DNA from: Octopus vulgaris
Taxonomy: Eukaryota
Direction: 5' to 3'
Length of the DNA: 64,000 bases
Assembly (NCBI GenBank): GCA_951406725.2
Contig: OX597818.1
Span: forward strand, 97,526,001 to 97,590,000
The translations under genes were made by a program, and so were the position numbers. Under the pieces are notes generated by a model, which saw only the letters and a list, made by a program, of their open reading frames with translations, was not told where the DNA came from and searched no databases. Every line of letters begins with the position of its first letter. Position 1 is the stretch's first letter. Positions 53,765 to 64,000 of this stretch are shown here, piece by piece.

Positions 53765-54430
53765 ACATATATATATCTTCTCTGTATATAAAACTGAAAT
53801 GCGTTTTTACCGCTTGGATCGCTTTCAATGCCACTACATCCCGTCCGATTCGCTCCAAAATTTACAGGGACATGTAGAATGAGGTGACGATGCCCGTGGG
53901 CTACCTTAGAAATTGAAAGGTGTGGTTGCTAGAGGCCATCTTCCTCACTCACGCTATTTCCTCCTTTCCCTCTCTTACTCCCCTTCATATATAACTTTGA
54001 GAAGTCCACTCCCTTTCACTTTCCCTTTATAAGTTCGTCAGACGGCTTTCTTTGATGTATCTGTCTGCATTCATAGGGAGAATTATCTTCGCTACCAACA
54101 ACACACAATCATGTGAACAAATATTATGAATCAGATATTCATTGCATTCATTTATATATGTGTGTGTGTGTGTTCGATATATAAATATGTATATATACAA
54201 AGTGTATATATCTGTATTTATGTATATTAAACTTTTTAATACTTTTTGATAGTTATATATATTTTTAAACAAATTATAAATATAATTTAATAATTTTTAT
54301 TTTAAATTTAAATAATTTAAATTTTTCAATTTTATATATTTTCTATATTATATTTTTATTTTTATGTTTTTGTTTTTGTTTTTTTTTTGCCTATTAGTGG
54401 TTTTATCTCTAATTTAATTTATACATATAT

Positions 54431-55427
54431 TGTTACGGACCACCTGGTGCCGTCGCTCGGTCGATCAGCGAATGTTTTCGCCACGGAAACTCGGAGAGGA
54501 GAGGAGAGATAGAACAACAACAGCAACAGCAGCACAGAGATACAGAGGCAACCGAGAGAGACACAAAACGGCAAGGCAACAACTGGCTTACATTTAACAC
54601 TAGTTTATGACAATCAATTGTTACACATCAAATACATTTCAAGGAAACATTTAAAGGAGGACGTGACACTCAATACATCATACAACAGATCAAAGCATTT
54701 AAACATGCAAGTAACAATATAACAGCCCGGAGACAACAGTTCTATTTCAAAGGTACACGTCCGAAGACACATTAAAGGCCTAACAGTTCAATTGTTCATT
54801 ATACAATGTTCGTATCACAACAATTCACGTTACAATTCAATGTTCATTATCGACTACATCAGATTCCTTCTTTTTCTCTCTCTTTCTTCTTTCTCTTTTT
54901 TTCTTTTACATCGTAACACGTATCAATACAATTAAATACCTTAATTCCTAATTAGAATAGCCAGTGTCCCATATTGCACTTCATCTCTCTCCGTACCGCT
55001 AACTCCAACTTGCCAAGCTCCTGAATTCCCAACTGCTTGCTCCTAAAATTCCAACTGCTTGCCCTGACTTTCAAAATCCGACTGTCCTCTTTGACGACCG
55101 AATACCAACTGTTCCTCTATCACTACCCCTCAATCTGTCTCTACTGCTTATACCCTCTCTATCTGCTCTCAGCCCTAACTGCCTATCTCTATCGCGCTGC
55201 TGCTGTCATTCTCTCATGACAGCTCTCAGATCCCTTACTCTATCTTTCTCACTACTTTCCTTCTTCCTCACATCTCTCTGACCCCTAATCGACCGGCAAG
55301 GCCAAAGGTCCCTCCAAAAAGCCATTACTCTTCCAGTAAACAAAAGCCTTTCGTTTTTGACTCCAGACCTGCCGGCGCCACTCCCACAAAGTGGGTCAAG
55401 AAATACTGCACTAGCCAAACCATAACA
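54431..55427. mobile_element. Solo LTR (Gypsy-like), 997 bp
   Basis: TG...CA ends with IR tgttacgg/ccataaca; 4-bp TSD atat; absent from Helitron copy 2. Confidence 0.8.
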
Positions 55428-55457
55428 ATATATATATAATTTGTATATATAATGCGT

Positions 55458-55538
<81 letters not shown>

Positions 55539-55589
55539 GTGTGCATTATGTGGTCGGTCGGTTCAGCTGAAAATATGCACACCTATGAA

Positions 55590-56573
55590 CCCTTTCGTTA
55601 CTATATTTCTGACCAAAATACACCCCTTATGTGTTTCAATTAATTTCTAACATAATCATAAAGTTAGTGTGGTTTCATTAAACAACTATAACTTTTTTAT
55701 TTATCAATATATTAATGTGATTTTTTGAAGATAATTGAATGAAATGTTCTCAACCAATTCTATACTATAATTTTTGTCATAGAAAATGGGTTATTAGCTA
55801 ATATTCAATTGGGTATACAACAAAATTTTACGATAGAATTTGTTATTCTGGGTAACCTTCTGATACCCATAATAATATTTATGGCAAAATAGTCTTAATT
55901 TCATTTAAGGTTGTGGGAAACCACTAACTATCCTTTCTTTCGCTTTGTTTACATTTAGCGTAACGATTCGTTTCCGCCGTAATGATTTCAAATAGGCTCA
56001 TTCGAAAAAGTAAAAAGAAATAGTCTAAGGCTTTACTCTCCTGGGAAAGTCAGTGGCTTGGTCCAGTTTCTTCAGAAAAATCACCGAAAGAAACAGTTTT
56101 TCAATTTTCACTCCATTCAGGTGCCAATTCATTTTCTTTATCACTTTCGGAAAATGAAACATCAGATTCATTATCAAATACCACGTGCTTTTTTTTTTTT
56201 TTTCAGTCATAGAGTTAGATTTATCAAGGTCTTCAGTAGAAAATCCTTCGAATTCTGACTCGCTGTTTGATATGATGAAATTCGTATCCATTTTTTGTCA
56301 GAATTACAAAGTTTGAAAACACAATAGGAACAAATTTTGGAAAAAAATCTCCCAAAATTCACGGAAATAAAATTACACTTCGATTGTTGTACAAAACTGT
56401 AGATGAACTGTTTACGAAGTATAATCACGTGTTTTCACGAATGTAATAAAGAGATTTTTCTCTGATATTCCCATTTAAATATGAATAGGTAAATACGGGT
56501 GGGTTTGGGCGGTTTGGTCACATTAACCAAAATTTTTTTTCGGGCGGCTTTGGGCGGTTTGGTAACGAAAGGG
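55590..56573 (-). mobile_element. Internally deleted piggyBac element
   Basis: TIRs ccctttcgttac/gtaacgaaaggg, TTAA at 56574-56577; remnants SESEFEGFS and ALDYFFL..FEIITAETNRYA; empty TTAA site in copy 2 at ~58710. Confidence 0.9.
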
Positions 56574-57335
56574 TTAAAAGTGCTGGCAAGTTTGCATGAC
56601 AACTATTTTTTCCCTCAAATGAAAGGCGTCCTCTAGGACAAAATTCCTCATCGTATAAAATGTGGCCCCAGTAGACCCGAATGAAATCGGGTTATATTAA
56701 CCAAAAGGTGAAAAGAGGTATAAATGGGGCTGGACGGGGATTAAAATTTAAAGGAGCGAGTGTTTAGGAATTCTCTGTCACATCAACCTAAAAAATTTGC
56801 GCCAGCCTTTTAATCTTCAATGTGTTGCCGTCCATGATGAAGAGGTTTTTAATGCTTGCCATGGTGAGTCTACTGTCGGGAGAAAGAATCACTTCAAAAA
56901 TTGGTGTTTACGAATTTTCTTTTACATCAAGTTCAAAATTTTACGCCAGCCGTTAAACTGTCAATACGTTTGTGTCCGTCGTTAAGAAATGCCAGTCATG
57001 GTGACTCTACTATCCTCACATTCTATCCCTTCAAACTTTGCTTTCCAATATTTTATTATTTTTATTCAGCTCGCAAGTTCGTCTGTCCCTTTTAAATGTT
57101 AGCGTTTTGCTGTCTGCCTTGAAGCAGACCTTTCCATTGCCACTGCTTGATATTTATGATTGATCTTTCTAAATATTTTATTTCTCAACTTACTCAAGAT
57201 GTTTTGTTGTTTATAAATGGGAGATAGATAGATAAAGATAGAGAGTAAGAGAAAGCGAGGGAGAGTCCGAGAGAAAAGAAAAGTAAGAGAGTGGGAAAGT
57301 GAGAGAGAAAGGAGTGAGAAACAAAGAGAGAGAGT

Positions 57336-57645
57336 CATCATCATCATCATCGTTTAACGTCCGTTTTCCGTCCTAGCACGGGTTGGACAGTTTGACTGGG
57401 GTCTGGGAAGCCAGGAAGCTGCACCGGGCTCCAGTCTGATCTGGCAGTGTTTCTACAGGTGGATGCCCTTCCTAACGCCAACCACTCTGTGAGTGTAATG
57501 GGTGCTTTTTTCGTGCCGTCGGCACAGGTGCCAGCGGGGCTCGCAGCGGCAACGATCGGTTGGTGCTTTTTACGTGCCACTGGCACAGAAGCCAGTCAAG
57601 GCGGCGCTGCAATCAGCCACGTTCGGATGGTGCTTTTTACGTGCT
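57336..57645 (-). mobile_element. RTE-associated short retroelement with (GAT)n tail, carried inside the Helitron (second copy 59474-59783)
   Basis: (cat)n tail, ggatgcccttcctaacgccaacc motif, three ggtgctttttacgtgc repeats. Confidence 0.7.
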
Positions 57646-57712
57646 GAAAGGAAGCAACAGAAAGTAACAACCACACTCTTACCCGCGCGTAGAGCGGGTC
57701 ACCTTCAGCTAG

Positions 57713-59850
<2,138 letters not shown>

Positions 59851-59912
59851 TATATATATAAAGTTAATCCAAACATGAAAACACAAAGAGAAAACACAAC
59901 GCGAGGACGTGG

Positions 59913-59972
<60 letters not shown>

Positions 59973-60113
59973 CATACATACATACAAGCGATATTAGCAA
60001 TAAACAGCTATGCAATAAATTCTTAATTATATTAGAGGATGCAAGAAGCTTGCTAGAGAGTGGAGTGTGTGTGTGTATGTGTGAGTGTGTGTGAGTGTGT
60101 GCATGTATGTGTG

Positions 60114-60169
<56 letters not shown>

Positions 60170-60407
60170 ACACAAATTTAAAATTCTCAGGAGAGCGTGA
60201 AATAAATATTTTCAAAATTTTGAACGGTGAAACTGAAAGCAGATAAAACTAAATAGCAGCGTGTAAATATTGGGTAAAGAAAAACTCTTGGATAACAAAA
60301 AAGAAAACTGTCGGAGATATCCGTGAGACGCGAACCCACATCTACAGCGGGTCCCATAGATCCAGATGTGGCAAGCGTGTTATCATTGGGCCACACACTC
60401 TCACTCA

Positions 60408-60439
<32 letters not shown>

Positions 60440-60734
60440 TGTATACACATACATGTTAGTTTATGTCGGACGATTGAGAGAGGAGTAGTGAATACATATT
60501 AAAGGGGGTATGTTTGCTTTTTGTTGAAACTGACAGTTTGTTTCGCGACTCAAGTTTCACGCCACAGTGATCTCCAGGCAAGAACTGTTACAACTCAGTA
60601 TTCCTAGTATATCTATATCGTTCGATGCGCGCATGTGTGTGTAGTTCAGTGTTTGTATTTGTTCGTTCGTGTCTAATGATTGCATGGTGTGACCTCTTCA
60701 TTGGTTGTTTATGTTATTTTGTGATGTGATTCTT

Positions 60735-60929
60735 TTATTCGTTTCAGCTATTTGACTGCGGCCATGCCGCAACACCGCCATTAGTCGAACAAATCAACCC
60801 CAGAACTTATTCTATGTAAGTCTAGCACTTATTCTATCGGTTTTTGTTTGCCGAACCGCTAAGTTACGGGGACATAAACACACCAACATCGGCTGACAAA
60901 CGATATGTGGGGAGACAAACACAGACACA

Positions 60930-60995
<66 letters not shown>

Positions 60996-61012
60996 CACGA
61001 TGGGGTTTCTTT
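60735..61012 (-). mobile_element. SINE family A 3' half
   Basis: Similarity to other A copies. Confidence 0.8.
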
Positions 61013-61229
61013 CACTTAGTAATGGCGAGCTTTTATCTTGTACGTGCGCACGTGTGCGTGTGCGTAAGGTTTTGAATGTACGTTGTTTTTGAGAACGGTT
61101 GTTAATGAGTTTATGAATTAGTAAACTGAAAAAGTAATTAAGGGCATATTTATTAGCCAAATCGCTAATAATTGGGGTGACTGTTTTGTAAAAAAAACCC
61201 ATCTATCCTTTTATGGATGTTTGTTTCTG

Positions 61230-61710
61230 AACCCATCGTTCCTAACAGGCAAACTCTAACCGCTTTTACGCAGCAATCTTCTCTTCTTTGGGTCATCTAC
61301 ACTATAAGCTCTCTCTTACTGGTATTAGTATTTCTCCACCTTTCGGTGCTAAGTCTTTGCTTTCCTTGTCAGATTACCAGAACAGTCTCTTGGTGCTTCC
61401 AACACGTTTCTCCTTTCTTCACAGATTCCCAGGGCTTTCGCTTCCCAGGGCTTTCGCTTCCCAGGGCTTTCGCTTCCCGCAACTTTTCATGATCTTGCTG
61501 GCGTGTCTGACTTTCATCTTCAAATAAAAGCAATGTGCTGACTGCTCTTACTTTAGTGGCTTTGAATTCTTCCTCCACTGATGGAACTGGTAAGTAGAGC
61601 TTAGAAGTCTTGCTGCATAGATTGACCGACCTGACGTTTGGAGGAATGCCCAGCAATCTTAACACGAATTTACTGCACAATCTCTCCGTTAGTTCCACCT
61701 GAGTCATGGT
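61230..61710 (-). pseudogene. HERO-like RLE non-LTR retrotransposon fragment
   Basis: ERLCSKFVLRLLGIPPNVRSVNLCSKTSKLYLPVPSVEEEFKATKVR resembles the HERO post-RT WLGLP...KLQLP..S..EEFK motif; followed by KHQ..V...QG, KRELIV, KAV. Confidence 0.7.
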
Positions 61711-61764
61711 TTTGCGGTATTAGCTTTTTGATATTAATTTTTTGTGGTATTTATTCAGGTTCTT

Positions 61765-62290
61765 CATGTTCCGAGTTCAAACTCCGCTGAAGTTAACTTT
61801 GCCTTTCATTCTTACGGGATCGATAAAATGAAGAACGAAACAAGTACTAGGTCGATGGTATCAGTTATTCCCGATCCCTCAGAAATTTTGGCCTTATGCT
61901 GAAATCAGAAACCAGTTGCGGTGAGCTGGCAAAATCGTTAGCATACTTGACAAAATGTTTAAAGGCATTTCATCCGTCCTTACGTTACGAGTTCAAATTT
62001 CGCAAAGGTCAACTTTGCCTTTCAATAAAATGAGTACCAGTTGAGCATTGAGGTCGATGTAATCGACTCAACCCCTCCCTCGAAACTACTTTTCTTGCAC
62101 CAAAATTTGAAACCAATATTTGTTCTGGCTCTTTTCGTTCCGAGATCAAATCCTGCCAAAGTCAGTTTTGCCTTTCATCCCTTCGGGGTCGATAAATTGT
62201 AGTAACAGTCAAATACCGGGATCGTTGGTACCGACTGATACCCTCCCTCAAATTTTCTGACCTTGTGCTAATATTAGAAACCATTATAAT
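61765..62290 (+). mobile_element. Three diverged SINE B (B2) copies in tandem
   Basis: Repeated gagttcaaa...aactttgcctttca...gtcgat...aaatttt..gcctt motifs. Confidence 0.8.
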
Positions 62291-62567
62291 GCAAGAATCG
62301 TCTTCTCTTTTGGGCTACTGTAATAACTTGCTTTCTCTGTAGTTGCTGACAATGTCGCCAAAAAGTAATTTCTTTCCTTTGCAGATAATCTTGAAGCGAG
62401 CAAAATCTGCTTTTAATAAATCATTTAATACTTACGTCCACGGGGAGCCATGTTGTCCTCTCTCAATATTTTCGCTGAATTAAACCAGCTTGCCCAGTTT
62501 CCTGTTTTTCTTATCAAATGCAATGGCGATGTTCGCCTCGGGAGACAAATACTTACATTAACACACC

Positions 62568-62570
<3 letters not shown>

Positions 62571-62619
<49 letters not shown>

Positions 62620-62751
62620 TTTATATATATATATATATACATATATTTATATATATATATATTTATATACATATATTTATATATATCTATACATATATTT
62701 ATATATATCTATACATATATTTATATACATATATTTATATATATCTATATT

Positions 62752-62813
<62 letters not shown>

Positions 62814-62888
62814 TTTATATATATATATCTATATATATCTATATCTATATATATATCCATATTTATATACATCCATATTTATATATAT

Positions 62889-62957
<69 letters not shown>

Positions 62958-62993
62958 CATATTTATATATACATATTTATATACATATTTATG

Positions 62994-63027
<34 letters not shown>

Positions 63028-63042
63028 CATATATTTATATAC
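62571..63042. repeat. (TA)n-rich microsatellite
   Basis: Directly visible. Confidence 0.97.
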
Positions 63043-63714
63043 ATGTGGCAAAGTTGACATGGCCCGCAGAATGTATTCCTGGATTCTCAGAACCTTCCAG
63101 TCAAGAGATTCCCACACCATTATCCTTCTCTTCTCCACTTTTTCCCGACCCCACCTTGAATACTGCCGTCCACTGTGGTCTCCCTACACGAAACAAAATA
63201 TTATGAGAATTGAAGCTCCCCAAAGGTCAATCACAAAAAAGATAGATGGCATGTCAGACCTCGACTACTGAGGTAGACTAGAAAAGCTGAAACTGTATTC
63301 ACTCCAACGACGCCGTGAACGCTACATTATCTGTATGATGTGGAAAATATTCCATCAGCACTGTCCGAATGATGTTGGCATCACCTTCAAAATACATCCA
63401 AGGCTTGGACTACATGCTATCCGTTCACAACAAAAATCTAAATCGCATCTCATAACAACAATACGGTACAATTATTTCACCTCAATTGGACCCGCTCTCT
63501 TCAACATTACACCAGGACACGTCAAAACAGAAACTGACCACACAAAATTCAAGAAGTCTTTGGACAAATTCCTTCAAACAGTCCCGGACAAACCACCCAC
63601 ACCCGGATATGTCTCCGCAAACAATAACTCTCTGCTCGAATGGGTCTTGGTGCCCAAATCCTAAATTGAAAGACTTCGCCAGGTGGTGTTATAACTTTTC
63701 TAAGTTATTCTAAG

Positions 63715-63715
<1 letters not shown>
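63043..63715 (+). pseudogene. CR1-clade LINE 3' end inserted in (TA)n
   Basis: [62 protein letters not shown]...FKKSLDKFL; one in-frame stop; (ttctaagtta)2 tail. Confidence 0.92.
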
Positions 63716-63768
<53 letters not shown>

Positions 63769-63890
63769 TTATATATATACATATATATTTGTATATATAC
63801 ATATATATTTATATATATATTTATACATATATTCATATATATATATATATATATATATTTATTTATATACACATATTTATATACACATAT

Positions 63891-64000
63891 AGGCGCAGGA
63901 GTGGCTGTGTGGTAAGTAGATTGCTAACCAACCACATGGTTCCGGGTTCAGTCCCACTGCGTGGCATCTTGGGCAAGTGTCTTCTGCTATAGCCCCTGGC
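63891..64000 (+). mobile_element. SINE family A head (runs off the window end)
   Basis: aggcgcaggagtggctgtgtggtaag... Confidence 0.9.

Larger units (their letters stand above)
53779..57712 (+). mobile_element. Non-autonomous Helitron, copy 1 (with LTR and piggyBac insertions)
   Basis: TC start, hairpin acccgcgcgtagagcgggt, CTAG end; collinear with copy 2. Confidence 0.88.

Noticed and set aside
63269-63271. In-frame TGA in the CR1 fragment as recoding or selenocysteine
   Set aside because: Most simply a TGG-to-TGA nonsense mutation in a dead, 5'-truncated LINE copy.

Overview
Eukaryotic, AT-rich, repeat-saturated non-coding DNA. The SINE families, microsatellite density and LINE mix look like an octopus (coleoid cephalopod) genome; this is from recall, no database was searched. 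I find no convincing intact host gene: almost all ORFs in the track are microsatellite artefacts or retroelement/transposon fragments. Contents: dozens of copies of at least five tRNA-headed SINE families (my labels A-E); LINE remnants (three R4/Dong-type RLE elements, one with a clean 290-aa C-terminal ORF; HERO-like, RTE and CR1-like pieces); Penelope-like (PLE) termini with hammerhead-ribozyme-like motifs; mariner, hAT, piggyBac and Merlin-like MITEs; non-autonomous Helitrons, including a head-to-tail dimer whose first copy carries a solo LTR and a piggyBac element absent from the second; an inverted pair of tRNA-Asp pseudogenes; and a modular 10-bp satellite ending in TTAGGG repeats. The most interesting signals are an apparently self-targeting SINE (B) that shares its tail with a (GATA)n-inserting retroelement, microsatellite niche partitioning among retroelements, and a minimal PLE-type hammerhead. 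Boundaries without TSD support are approximate (roughly +/-10-20 bp).
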